DNA of 64,000 nucleotides from Octopus vulgaris. Taxonomy: Eukaryota. The DNA lies in the NCBI GenBank assembly GCA_951406725.2, contig OX597836.1, positions 1,488,001 through 1,552,000 of the forward strand, read 5' to 3'. This document shows positions 1 through 13,608 of this stretch, piece after piece; the first letter of the stretch is position 1, and each line of letters starts with the position of its first letter. The notes below the pieces were generated by a model. That model was given only the letters and a program-made list of their open reading frames with translations, was not told the DNA's origin and did not search any database. Made by a program: the position numbers and the translations under genes.

Positions 1-1809
1 GAGCTACAAAATCTTTTAAGACCAGTCATGTGATTATCATCTACCAAAGAAGTCCTATTCAAAACATATATTAATTAGAGCAATGAACTCCCTATAAAAA
101 TAGGAAAATAGGACAAGATTTGTCAGAAACAAGACAGTTGCGACATAAGCCGCGCCTTTCTATTTCCACTTTCTGAAAATCAGTGTAAACTTTGAAACCG
201 GTTCAATCTTTAAATATAATTTAAAATATTTTAACTATTCTCAGTGCATTTTCAACTCCTATTTTTCCTTTATATATTCACCAGTGTCATTGTCAACGTC
301 TGAAGCAGAGACTGAAAAATCAGATGAAGAATCCACACAAACAAGGAGGAAGTATAGCGAAACTAGAACTGCAACCAAGTTCATGATATCTTCCAAGCTA
401 TCAACCGAAAAAGCAGCAGCAATTTGTTGACAATTATCTCAAGATACCCAATCTGGTACTTACAGATCGATTATCAAACACTACATTTAGAAAATTGGTC
501 ATTGCATTAGGATGGTAAAAGCATTGATGACCAGAAATACCAAGTGCTAGTTTTAAAGAATGAAGCACTCCAGTTACCAAACAGAAAATCTGATACTGTT
601 GTGAAAGGAATAACAGCTGTTTCAGATGAATACCATTTATGGAACTGTGTAAAGGTGATTGTCGCAGATATATCAAGTGTGAACACTGGGAAAAGAAGTG
701 GCATTGTCATTCAGTTGTTAAGACTGTTTCCTGAAACGAGTTTGAAAGAACCGCAGTTTATTGGTTGTGAGCATCAAATCCTTGATAGAATTCTTTGTGT
801 TGTAATGGATAACGAACTTGGAGAAGAAAAAAGTCATCTTCCAATATTGAATATACACTCATCACTGAACTTCAAAGTAATTACGAGACCCCCCACCCCC
901 CGGCTAATTTCAACAATGGCAGAGAAAAGATTATTGAATCGGCAGGATGGCGAGATGACATGAAATTTCTATTTCATTTGACCAGAATTTCTCGTATTTT
1001 TGAAGAAATCGGCAAATATTCTACTGTAAAGTTTCAAAAAAATTACCCAACTTAAGTAATGCAAGATGGAATTCTCGAGCAATGCTAGCTCTTTCGGCAT
1101 TTATTCTTCTACCAGAGAAAAAAGTTTTGCTTCTTAACGCTTGTCGATTCATCACTTACAGCTGGGTAGATTTTTGGTTTACTGACCAAATGTTCAGTGC
1201 ACATGATTATCAGAAGTTATGTGGTAGCCTGCAAGTTCATAAAAAAGCACTGAACTCTGTAAAAAAACTTTTGGAGTTGAGAACCATCAAAACTGGAAAT
1301 TTCCAGAACAAGTCAGAGTGTAGAGTGGGCAATCAAGTACCCTCAAGGTCTTTATGTTTGTAAAAGAAAGAGAAACTTCAACTTCAGGATATTTCATCTA
1401 AGAAAACACAATAATTCTTTGATATGTTTAAAATTTTTTTATACTGTTATTTTAAATTTGAAGTAAACGTGTAAAGTTAAAAATATGTATTGTTTTAATT
1501 TTGTATGTTATGGAATGCTTGTAGTGGCCTCTATCGTAAAATAGCCTTTGCATTGAGCCTTTGCATTGAGCAATTTCAATTTAATAATCTTAAAAGTGTA
1601 TAAATACAATTTTATTCCAAGGATTTAGGCAGCGTAAATATTGAAGTGTGAATTTAGTGCTACCTAGTGATCATAGATTAAAAAAACCTAAAACTCCGAA
1701 ACTATTTCAATTAGAAAGCTGAAATTTCAGATATACTGTGTCTGCATTGCATTGAGTCAGCACACCAAGTTTTGGTAAAAACTTGAGCTGTCATTATGAA
1801 CCTCCCCTA
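1..1809 (+). mobile_element. Degenerate hAT-superfamily-like (hATm-type) DNA transposon, 3' part; frameshifted transposase pseudogene
   Basis: ORF 544..963 has 'IVADISSVNTG...IGCEHQILD' (D-x-x-x-x-NTG plus CxxH-like motif). At ~1046-1100 another frame reads 'PNLSNARWNSRAMLAL' (ARW motif). At ~1280-1345 a third frame reads 'SRTSQSVEWAIK' (catalytic E region). Putative right end ...CCTCCCCTA at 1801-1809. The 5' end lies outside the window. Confidence 0.6.
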
Positions 1810-1979
1810 GAATTTTTCATGATTCGGGTTAAAAGTGGTGATCGATTTCTCAAGTTGGGGTGAGATTTTTTTTTGAAAATAAAGCAAAATAAATATTAAT
1901 GTTCTGACAATTATAAAATTATTTATCGAAATATAATATCGAGTTATTAGGTTATAAAAATTTCATAACCCTAAAACAC

Positions 1980-2029
1980 ACATAAATAAAAACATGTATA
2001 CATACATACATCCATACATACATACATCT

Positions 2030-2081
<52 letters not shown>

Positions 2082-2216
2082 GTGTTTATATATATGTATA
2101 AACATATATATTTGTGTGTATATATATTTGTAAATATACACATAAATATATATATTTGTATATATATATTTGTATATATGTATATTTGTATATATATATA
2201 TGTTTGTATATATATT

Positions 2217-2267
<51 letters not shown>

Positions 2268-2275
2268 ATACATAG
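1980..2275. repeat. (TA)n/(TACA)n compound microsatellite, representative of dozens of such arrays in the window
   Basis: Directly visible. Similar arrays include 4930-5100, 25480-25880, 28000-28330, 34540-34780, 38160-38400, 45690-46400 and 61030-61800. Confidence 0.97.
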
Positions 2276-2357
2276 TAAATAGGGTAATAAAAATAAATTA
2301 TTAGTACCAGTGACCTAGCACAAAAGACGAATTAGTCATTAGACTATACGTTATTCA

Positions 2358-2434
2358 TATATAAATACATTAAAGGCTTCCAAATAAAGAAGCACTCGCT
2401 TCTTTATTTGGAAGCCTTTTAATGTATTTATATA
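2358..2434. repeat. Near-perfect hairpin (36/37-nt arms, 4-nt loop ACTC)
   Basis: TATATAAATACATTAAAGGCTTCCAAATAAAGAAGC-ACTC-GCTTCTTTATTTGGAAGCCTTTTAATGTATTTATATA, with a single 1-nt bulge. Confidence 0.92.
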
Positions 2435-2438
2435 CATT

Positions 2439-2507
<69 letters not shown>

Positions 2508-2899
2508 GTACATATATATATATATATATGTATATAATTGAATGTATAGCTAAGACTTACTAATAATCTCTTGCCATCGATACACGTAGTTAGGTAGATT
2601 TTTTCCATAACACAATCTTCAGACTATGGGCATGTTGTTTGTTATATATCGAATTCAGGATGCTAATACACAAGAAACCACGAGAAAAAAGAAAGAGAAA
2701 AGCGTTTGTGGTAAAAGTAGAAAGAGAAAACTGTGGCTTGAAATGGAAAAAAAAAAGAAAGAAAAGTGAGAAAATTAGTTTTACATCACCCTTGAACTTA
2801 TAAATCCTAATTAAAATAACTGGTGTACAATAATTCAATGGGGAGGAAGGAGCTGAAAGTCTGCGAGACAGCTGCTCAGCACGAAGAGGATATCCTCCA

Positions 2900-3660
2900 T
2901 TTTGGCAAATATTTGTCCATATGCTTGCATTTGCTGAAAAGTTCGGGTCTGGAATCAAATAATATACTTAAATTATTGGATCTGAAAGAATGTGAGATTT
3001 TCGACTACGCCTATGTTGCATCTCTTGAAGAATTTTCATTTGCCCTTGGTTCACATATTTGACAATAACGAATGTTCAAGTATGGTAATGTGTGAATATC
3101 TCACTGGATTAATAACCTTTGATATACAGAAACTTTGGAAGATTTTATTCACTAAAGAATCTACTTTTCATAAGACAGCTAATTTCCGTAATGGGCTATT
3201 AAAGCTCACACGATAAACTTCGGCCTTAATTTTACTATTTTGATAGGTTATATAACACGGCATCTTTTCGGTTCGTATGCTTTTGATGCTAATATAACAA
3301 ATGATACTTCCCAGCAGCTTCGAACGAATATATTTTGACACCATTCTCGCTCAGTATTCTATAGCAACATGGCGTTCCTTCACACACTGGTCTCATTTTA
3401 CGGTCATTGCTAAATGCAAAATGTTCATACGTTAGTAATATAGAGATAGATTAATCCTCTGGTCAACTACAAGCCCCGATTACGTAGAGTAAGATTAATT
3501 CTTCCCGGGTTATCTTCGTAATCTGGCCTAGAAATGTTTAGGATTTCAAGCAAAGAATCAAAGAAGCGAAGAAAATTTACAACGCAACGATACAGGTATA
3601 TAAATTTATAGCATAAAAGTGATGCGAATTATACTTTTGAGAATGGTGGGGTAAATTTGA
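2900..3660 (+). pseudogene. Highly degenerate Tc1/mariner-superfamily (DDxD-type) transposase remnant
   Basis: Motifs occur in the correct order: 'ILFTKESTFH' (~3142; cf. ILFSDEATFH), '*QHGVPSHTG' (~3362; cf. QQDGAPAH) and 'LWSTTSPDYVE*D*FFPGYLRNL' (~3457-3525; cf. WPPRSPDLTPLDFFLWGYLK). Confidence 0.55.
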
Positions 3661-3934
3661 ACTTTATACTATAAGACTGCAAGTGACACTCGAATCACAT
3701 TCTCCCTCCCTCACTCACCCTCTGTCTCCATCTTTACATATCATACAAACGCAGACCCGCACTCAACCACATGTGCGCGCATCCACACACATGCAAACAC
3801 ACACAGAGAAGCACATGCGCATACATATATGCGATTTTGATGGAAGCATGTGACAGAATGGTTTGTGTATTCGGCTCACAATTGTAGGGCCCGAAGCTCG
3901 ATTTCTGGAGGTTTGTTATGTTATTTAACAAGAC

Positions 3935-4224
3935 TAATGACATGGGGGTTAAAGTATTCGGCTCACTATCATAAGGTCGTCAGTTCGATTCCGGGCAGTA
4001 AACATGAACGAGATTTTTATTTCGTATTACTTCAATCCAACCACCTGGCAAAAATGTGTTGCACCGGTAATTCAAAGGGGGAGGGGGCTTGGCACATGTT
4101 GTATCAAGCTGCTGTACACATGTTCATGGAGTGCTCAGCCGCTTCCATGTCAATTTCATGTAGAGACGGTTCCGTAAAAACGGATCAACTGGAAAACTCG
4201 TCGTCGTCAGCGACGGAGTACCAG
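3935..4224 (+). mobile_element. tRNA-derived SINE, family D (related copies at 13840..14120 + and 18086..18395 -)
   Basis: tRNA-like head (GGTTAAAGTATTCGGCTCAC...AGTTCGATTCC B-box). Body and 3' end (CGGATCAACTGGAA..CTCGTCGT) are shared with the two other copies. Confidence 0.65.
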
Positions 4225-4970
4225 TTCTGTTCTCAATGATTGATTTCCCGCCAAATGTATCTTCCGCATCTCCTTATCTCACCGCCTTTCCAACGCTAAT
4301 TTCATCTCACCAAATCAGGCATTAACTCTAAAAGAAAATCTTTGACAAACATCCAAAAACGCGAACTTCCTTTAAAATATTTTGTGATAGTAAAGATACG
4401 GATCATCAATTTCGTGGTGGTTCACGCCTGGAAAGCCTAAAACCGAACTGAGACTTCACAGATCCAAATGGGATTAAATTTTTATGGAATATTCTGCTTC
4501 ACATTCAATAGGTGACGTTGGCATTTGTAGCAATGATGGTTACCCATTCATCCATTCTTTATGTGTCCATGTGTGCATGTGCGTGTGTCCGTATGGACGT
4601 GTGTGCGTGCATACGTTATTTATTTATCTTTTACACTCCAGAGAAGATTTCATTGACCATTTCCATAATCTATCTACTGATACATCGTTTATCATTGGCG
4701 GATTCATAGATATTCTTGAAATGAATAGCAAATACACACACGTACATACACACACATAAGTGTGTGCATCTTTACAGACATGACTGTATGAGACTATGAC
4801 AGTATGACGGTGTTCTTAGTTCCACATAAGCAACCCCGTAAATTATAAATTCTGTACATCGACAGGTATACTTTGCTTACTTCCACACACAAACAAACAC
4901 ACACATATATATTCCTAGAAATTCCTATATTTATATATATATATATATATACATATGTACATGCATATAT

Positions 4971-5019
<49 letters not shown>

Positions 5020-5823
5020 AAATACAGGCATATACCTATATGTATATATATATATGTATACGTATACATATATATAGACGTACACACACACACACATATA
5101 TATACATCTAGCCAAGCAGTATATTACTAAACGAATGAATGTGTGTGTGTGCGTGTCTCACTTTGAGAATATAAAGAAGTTTTAGCGGGTCTACAAGAAA
5201 ATCTCTCAAATATATATGATAATTGAGGCTAATGCATAGAGAAAAAAAATCATAAATAGAAATAGATATATGTTTATGTAATATATATATATGAATATAT
5301 AAAAAATATATATATATACATACGAATATATGTATATATATGCATGAGTGTGTGTGTATACATACGTATATGCATGTGGTAGACACGTGTAATACATATA
5401 TATGCATACATATACACAAACACATATATCTCTCTACACATATATTGATATATATATGTGTGTGCGTGTGTGAGTGTGTGTATGTGTGTGTGCGTGTGTG
5501 AACGAGATGCTGCAATACATCATCTACGGAATACAAAGAACTCCAGGAATTCTATGATGTAATAATGGAACTATTTATTTCTTATTTTCAAGATAATGGC
5601 TGCTACTGGAGAGAGGTTATGGAGGGGTGGGTGTTTCTGGGTGCGGGTATCTACCTGTGCAATGGTGTTTATACATTTGTGTTTATATATATATATAGAG
5701 AGATATAAATATATATGCATACATATATTTTAATATATATACGCATATATCAATTTTTATTGGTTTTGAGATAACATTACACACACACACACACACACAG
5801 ACTCACTCACACACACACACACG

Positions 5824-5885
<62 letters not shown>

Positions 5886-6001
5886 CATATATGTATGTTT
5901 CTATGCAATTTCTACTGTATGCTTGTATGATGTTTTCTTCATTCGTGTATCTATCCATGCATCTGTGTATGTTTTTACCTCGCTTTCTTTATCTATCCAT
6001 C

Positions 6002-6048
<47 letters not shown>

Positions 6049-6132
6049 TGCTCTATCTATCCTAGCATTTGTGTACCCGTTTCTCTTTTGTGTTTCTCTG
6101 TCTTTCTCTCTCTCCCTCTCTTTTTTTGTTTC

Positions 6133-6133
6133 T

Positions 6134-6226
<93 letters not shown>

Positions 6227-6240
6227 CATTTCCCTATCTA
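6133..6240. repeat. (TATC)n tetranucleotide microsatellite; longer array at 22072..22364
   Basis: Directly visible. Confidence 0.97.
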
Positions 6241-6407
6241 ATATGGGTTTTAAAATACCCGGTTCCATATATCTGTTCTAAGCGATGTTTTCTATTGAAT
6301 AAGGAGAATATGAATTCTTTCATTCATCATTTCATTTGGCGTCTCTATTACTGGGTTGGAAATGCCTCTGTGTCATTCCATCTATGTCAAAGAGCGTAAG
6401 TACAGCT

Positions 6408-6446
<39 letters not shown>

Positions 6447-8370
6447 AATCGATAGATAAATTTGTTATACTAAAAATATCTCTTATTTGCAGAAAGATTT
6501 GTGAGAGAATTTGATACACTTTAGTTAAATCCTGCACATGTTGAAATGCATTGATAAAGAGTTCCTTCTAGGGATACGACCGTGTTTGTAGCAGTCCGGC
6601 AGTTGGTGTCAGGATTTGATATCTATGGTGTGGATTTCTTCCACAGACCAATCAAACATCCAAAATGTTAGAATCAGCACTGGTACTGAATATGCATTAT
6701 GGGATATTGTATGTATGTAGAATATCCCAAAATGCATTTGTATGTGTGTATGTATGTGTGTATGTATGTATGTATGTGTGTGTGTATGTATGTATGTATG
6801 TGTGTATGTGTGTATGTATGTATGTATGTGTGCAGATTTGTATGTTATGTTTTATGTATGTACTCTCATGCATAAAGTTACATATCTAGACATGTACTCA
6901 TATATATTTAAATGATAAACTTATGTGTGCGGGTGTGTGAGTGTGTGTATATGATATAGGCATGTATTCGTATGCGTGTTTGTGTATGTCTTCTCATCGG
7001 TTGATAACCATTGCTCGTTTGTTTCCGTCCCTGCAACAGTGCGATCGGCAAATATCAGTGCCACCATGGTTTGGCTGGACAAATCCCACTTGAAAGCACT
7101 GAGTGGAACAACTACAACAGTAAAAGAATAAAAGAATAAAAGAATAAAAGTATTATACACGTGTATGTGTGTGTGTGTGTGTGTATGTGTGTGTGTGTGT
7201 GTATCTCTATTGCTGCATATAATATTATCAACATCAAGTACGGCATGTATAAAAAAGATTATGCGACCACTGCTTGGCTAACAAGAAAGCGAGTTTTTGT
7301 AGGAATCGTAATTTTCGTGGAAATTTCGTTTATTTTTTGCTCATATGAATGTATATACATATATACATTCCTGTGTATGCATGTGTGTATATGTAATGGA
7401 TCTTGTGTATGCAAAGGAACAGCGATCTACACCTGTAATATTGAAGCTAATAGAAAAGAGGCATTCATGCTATTTCATACGAAGTGAATAGTAAATTCTA
7501 TCAAGAAACGACGAACACAACAGAGAATCTACTCCTACATTTATATCTACACATCGATGCGTATATGCCAACACTTGATGAAATTTATGGAGGACAGTGG
7601 AAGTAAAATAATGGCAGGAGAAAAGGTCTGCGTCGCAGTGAAACATTACACGATCGTTTGTTGTGCAAGTCAAAAGCAAATGTAAGGTGAGTTATGGGAG
7701 AAGCGGTAGGAATCACGAAAATATCCAACAGTTATATGGGATAAACATAGTGTGATATATATTTTATCAAATCGTATGAAGCAGCTTGTGTGATCTGCTC
7801 GATATGAAAGGAATGAAGAATTACTAGGATATCAAATGGTATTGTCCTGGTTTATACTTACACGCATTAATACATATTTGCTTCATATGTTATTGCATTC
7901 GTTCAGCAGATATATATATCAAATACTTGTGCTGTGTAGATGAACGAAAACGAAGTTGCCAAACAGCCTGTGCGATTCTATGGAGACACCACTTTGACTT
8001 GCCGAAAATAAATGAAGAAAACAAAAGAACTTATGTCATGTCAGAAACAATATTAAAATGCCTTCGTTGGTGGTGAGGCAGTTACATTGGTTTGGTCTGT
8101 TTGAAAATAAATGGTGAGATTGGTGAAACAAAAACCAAAATGAAGAATTATTGTCTTGGGAGGTGCGATGGATATACTTCTGCATACACATAGTGGAGAA
8201 AGCACCGCCAGGAGTCATGCATGCAGCGATATATTAATGTGTCTAATTTGGAATATCGATAGAATCGGTCCAAGTCCCTTCTATTTCGAAGTGATTCTTC
8301 ACGTCTTTAGTTCAAATCTTACTGAGGCAAGTTTGCTTGTCGTCTTCACAGGGCTAGAGAAGAGCTAGGT

Positions 8371-8675
8371 GGAGGCACATGGCCCCGTGGTTAGAGCAGC
8401 GGACTCGCGGTCGAGGGATCGCGGGTTCGAATCTCAGACCGGGCGGTATGTGTGTGTTTATGAGCGAAACACCTAAACTCCACGCGGCTTCGGCAGAAGG
8501 TAATGGCGAACTTCTGCTGATTCTTTAGCCATAACTTTCTCTCATTCTTTCCTCCCGTATCTTGCAGCTCACCCGCGACGGACCAGCATCCCGTCCAAGT
8601 GGGGAACCTATACGTCATGGAAACCGGGAAACCGGTCCTTATGAGCCAGGCGGGGCTCGAGAAGGAACAAACAAC
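8371..8675 (+). mobile_element. Full-length tRNA-derived SINE, family B, with 15-bp TSD
   Basis: Head GGAGGCACATGGCCCCGTGGTTAGAGCAGCGGACTCGCGGTCGAGGGATCGCGGGTTCGAATCTC has A/B-box-like motifs. AAC-rich tail. Perfect TSD AGAGAAGAGCTAGGT at 8356-8370 and 8676-8690. Confidence 0.9.
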
Positions 8676-9880
8676 AGAGAAGAGCTAGGTCAAAAATAAT
8701 TCATTTGGCAGCTCCTTTCACAGCATTTGGAGATTGTATACAAAACTATTTCTGGCATCGCGAAAATTAACAGATTTTACAGAATATCAGAAACGGCTTT
8801 AAGGCGGTCACCGTGTTTACTTGACTGTCATTTATAGTTTTCCTGGGTAGCAGTTCAATAAAACTAGGGAGCAGTAAAACAGTACTAATCAGCAGAACGG
8901 GGCCATGTGTTTTGTGCTTGCATCTGGAGTTGTTGGAGCCTTCGTCAAAAGCTAGGAATGAATCTTTTAATGAATGTCGGTAAATACAAATAAGTAAACA
9001 GTTTGATTCAATCAACAGATATAGCTACAAGATGCTGACTGGGTCAGGAAGGGGACCAATCACTGCTTGGTAGCCAGATCTGGTTAAGGTACCAGCCAAA
9101 TCACCTTCGAATAGCGTCAGTCCATCTTATAGGCATAAAATGGTTGCTTTGTTAAGTATTTCGTCGTCACATAACAGAGTGATTTCGGTTTCGATCTCAT
9201 TGTGCGGCAGCAAGAGCTCAAGTATCGTAAACTATAGACTTGACGTAAGCATTGCGAATGAAATTTGGTTCCAGAAAACTGTATGGAAGCTTGTTGGTTG
9301 GTAGGACGTAATAAGACCTGGGTGATTTAAGTGGATTCTGATCTGTGGTAAGCATTTTGTTCGAATCCCCAATCTCAGTTTAATTCTCTGCTTCTCAACA
9401 GTCTTGGAGTGCGGTGACGCTATATTCCAAATTTTGACTAAGTTATTGAAAAAAAAAAACTAAAAACAAAGGGAAAAATTAGTTATGAGAATGTGCAGTC
9501 CCGTACAGCTTCCAAATATTAAACTAAGTGATCCCTGCTGGAATGTCTTTCACCCTGATTTATCTTGAGCACGTCATGGATTAAAAAGAACAACAACATC
9601 AATAACAGCAACATCAAAACCAACGGCATCAGGATATTGCTGAATATTTAGTTCACATTGAAAACTAACAACTATCCTCATATCATTGCACCGTCGTAGT
9701 TACACTTGGAGCCTCATCTGTAGATGCACAGGAGCATTAGGACAGTTGTGTCAGAATTTGCGTGGAAATCTCTAAATCCTTACTTTTGAAACTCACAGTA
9801 GCAAAAGAGAGACTCGACCACCAAACAAAATGTATTATTAATCGCTCTAATTTACAATTATCGAATTTACAATTATTATA

Positions 9881-10231
9881 GGTTTTTGCAGTCATTTTCG
9901 TACGTTTGTCATTCCATTTGATAATTGGGTCATTCAAAGTCGCGAAAAAGAAATTAGCACCATGAAGTAAGTCATTCGAATTCGTTTATCGATCATTCAA
10001 TTTCACACTTCTCTCAAAGATTTTACCATTTACATTATTCAAATTAAAATTCCCTCGACGAGCATATTAATTTGAATGACGCAAATACTAAATTCTTTGA
10101 CCCAATTACGAAATTGAATGATCGAAAAACGAATTTGAATGACTTACTTCATGGCGCTAATTCTTTTCGCGACTTTGAATGACCCAATTATCAAATGGAA
10201 TGACAGACGTACGAAAATAACTATAAAAACC
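9881..10231. mobile_element. MITE / fold-back element with ~125-bp terminal inverted repeats
   Basis: Left arm 9881..~10004 (GGTTTTTGCAGTCATTTTCGTACG...) is the near reverse complement of right arm ~10110..10231 (...CGTACGAAAATAACTATAAAAACC). TATA flanks both sides (TA/TATA TSD). The opposite-strand ORFs 9737..9937 and 10139..10372 share 'NDPIIKWND' for this reason. Confidence 0.85.
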
Positions 10232-12048
10232 TATACTAACAGCGAATTCGTATATGTATGTCTATATATTTATGTGTATGTCTGCATGCGTGTGACTGGG
10301 ATGAATAAGAGACATCGGACACTATTATTGATATCAACGACCTTAACTACCGTGGTAGTTATATTCTGCTGATACCATAAGTATTTTGATACCAAAAACG
10401 GTGTCGAAGTGTATTACGCGATCTCTGGAGATTTAATAAAGTAATCTGCTTATAAGGTTTCTCCCAGGATAAAGAATATTATTCTTATGGAAACATGTGT
10501 AAGATGATGTAAAATTTTCCAGCCTTGCTTTTTTGTTTGTACTCTATGACCTTCCTAAGTATACCGATTAGTGAAGGGCAACTTGGACTGTAACACAAAT
10601 GTTCCCTCCATGGGTTTTCTTTCGATGTGTCGTTGTATAAGGATTACATGAGATTCTGAATAGCGGTTATATATATAAAGCAATTTAAATTTAAATAGCA
10701 CTATATAATTGTATCTCTCACTCTGTGTGTGAATATTATATATATATATGAGTGTATGTGTATGTAATGTGTATATAAACAACACACACACACATATATA
10801 TACATATTCGCATACGCGATTAAACATATATAACACATACACATTTATATAGATATACGCAGATGTAATGTGTTGGCCATTGCGGCCTGTCAGGCAGCTG
10901 ACGTTAGTCATTTCATTTCACACGAGCGAATCCACACAAAAAGACGTCGTCCAACTTCATAAAAAGCCAAGCTGTCCTCCCCCGTTCTTTGTTCCACATT
11001 CTCCCTCATCCCCCCCCCATAATCGACTTGTTGCTTCCTTAACTCTTGTTGCTTAGTCATGGCTGCCGACTCTTCTCATAATTTTCGTTGTTGTCATGTT
11101 GGGCCTCATGCTGATCTAAAGTTCATGTATTTGTGTTTGTTATCGATGCTGTTTAGCCCTTGGTCAGCCATGATCGAACAGACCCATCACGAAAGGATTT
11201 TACCTCAAATGTTTGATAATTAACCGAGTATTTTCATCGGTAAACTCTTCAATATGCTCATGAAATTTGAGATGCTTAAATTCCGTGGTTTGAGAGGAGA
11301 GGCACTTTGGTCCCCTTTTCTCTCAGTGGAAATGGCTCGGTAGGAAATCTTTGCTGTTGTTGTTTGATTGAACGCAAACATATCCAGAACTACATTAACC
11401 CAATGTGTGTCTTACTTTGTTTTTAAAAGACGTTCAAATTGTGTAGTTTGAGGCAAATCTGACTGCTATTTCTTGCACGACAAACAATCACACAAGAGCA
11501 TATTCACTGTTGTTGGTATTGTTGTTGTATTAAACCCATGAGACGCATGTAATCAGGATAACGGTGTGGCTGTGTAAATAATTTTTCCAATGTTTATCAT
11601 ACGGTCGCTTTGCTGAAGAAATTACTCCTGCAGTCTTCGACATACGATGGATCTTTGAATTGTTGTTACTGCAGCTGCTGCTGCTTTTGTTGGTTGTTGT
11701 TGTTGTTGTTGTTAAGCAACAAGACGAGTAAGAGTGATTAGGTGATGGTCTAGGGCTTAGGGGCGAGAGACCCCAGACCATGGGAAAAAAAAAACTTTGG
11801 TCGTCTTGTTGTAGTCTTTGTTGGCGCCAGACACCACTGGGAGGTGGCCCTCGACGTCGCTGGAAATGGATATCTCCAGGTCCAAATTCTTGAACGGCTG
11901 CTGCTGCTGTTGTTGTTACCGTTATACTTGTTGTAGTTCAGGTTCATTTTATCACTGAAAGGCAGACCTATGAGCAAAGTTATTCCATATGCAAACATCG
12001 CATGATATTTTTTAACCCATCGACCATTACATTATAGAACGTAATCTG

Positions 12049-12270
12049 AAGGCAGCAAAGCTGGCAGAATCGTTAGCGCGTCGGATAAAAAGGCTTAGCG
12101 GCGGCTTTCGCTAATCTTACGTTCTGAGCCCAGATTCTGCTGTGGTCGACTATGCCATTTTATCCTTTCGGGGTCAATGAAATAAGCACCAGTCAAGCAC
12201 TGAGATCGATCTGATCGACTTGCCCCTCGTATCAATTTCGAAGCTTTCTGCCTGTAGTAGAAAAAAAAAC
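12049..12270 (+). mobile_element. tRNA-derived SINE, family A
   Basis: AAGGCAGCAAAGCTGGCAGAATCGTTAGC...CCTTTCGGGGTC...GTAGTAGAAA; degenerate TSD ATTATAGAA(C/T)GTA at ~12031 and ~12274. Confidence 0.8.
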
Positions 12271-12701
12271 CGAATTATAGAATGTATCCTTCTCTCAGCG
12301 AACATTTTCTCATGAAGGTTGCGACAATTCAGAGGCTTCAAGACAGTTGTTGGTGGTGTCGGTGGTGGTGACGGTGGTGGTGACGGCGGTGGTGGTGTTC
12401 GATAGTACAGTGGTGTGTGTGTAGGTGGTGGTGGTGGTGGTGGTGATGGTGACGTTGTTCGTAAAAGATAGCGGCGTTACGGTTGCTGTCATTGTATTTG
12501 TTTGGTTCGTTTGTGTTATTTCTATGGACGAAGTGACACGTGACCTCGGCTGCTATTGAAGTTTCAGGATAACATTATAATTCCAGAGCCGTAGTTTGTT
12601 CATGTGCCACAATGTGCACAAGCCATAACTTGTATATGTATGTATGTATGTATGTATGTATATATGTATGTATGTATGTATATATATACATACATATACA
12701 A

Positions 12702-12745
<44 letters not shown>

Positions 12746-13608
12746 CATACATACATACATACATGTATATATATGCACATACACACATGTATATATATGT
12801 AAGTGTTTAACTAATATTGTCTTTATACTGTGATATAATTTTAATTCGCAGACACGTAAAAATAGAACAAAGGAAAATGAATTAGTTCAAAGGCCCGTTC
12901 AGTCTTAATGTAAAGTAGATCTATCGCTAAACTCTTCCAAATTAGACAAACACTTTAAAAAATGCGTAAATATAAAAATTTTCAATAGAAAGAATATTAA
13001 ATTTAGCTTGAACATTGAACATAATTTTGCTACGTCTGTTTCCCAAACATCCAATCACATCATATGTTTCCGCCTCACGCAACTGTTTTAAATCTATAAA
13101 TTGTTTAATAAATATTTCATGTCCTTTGAAATCGATTATTTATTGTGCAAAATTTTCACAGATGATAATTCAGTTTCCAAAGATTATAACCAGTGAACAG
13201 TAAATAAATTCAAGAACCGATTTAAACAACATCAACATTCTTTTAGACCACTAGAAAGATTTGGGGGGACAAGTTTAATCCAAATTCATGCGATCATAGT
13301 CAAATAGAAACTGTTCGAAATTCCTAGCTATGTTCCGTGAACAGAATAGTGACGGTTGAAATATTTACTGGAGAGAAAACTAAAGTATTTTGATAAATAA
13401 ATAATCTTGTTGAACTCACAAGTCTTTTATTTTGTTGTTAAGTTAAGGCATAAATTGATAAAAAATAATTATTTAAATACATTCATCAACTTAATTGTGA
13501 AAATCGATTAATTGTTTGATACTTTAATCCATGCCTCAAATATCACAAATTCGCATTACTTTGTAGTCATAAAAACGTTCCACATGCTTGTTATTATATA
13601 ACAATAGT

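Noticed and set aside
2358-2434. miRNA precursor
   Set aside because: I recognise no known mature miRNA. The near-perfect AT-rich stem in (TA)n fits a fold-back repeat better; small-RNA data would be needed.
4795-4860. Hammerhead-like motif (AGTATGA-CGG...CCG-TAAA)
   Set aside because: Both core boxes are mutated and stem I is unconvincing; too degenerate to call.
8371-8445. Possible tRNA gene
   Set aside because: The tRNA-like head continues into a SINE body and tail with a 15-bp TSD; there is no proper acceptor stem or poly-T terminator.
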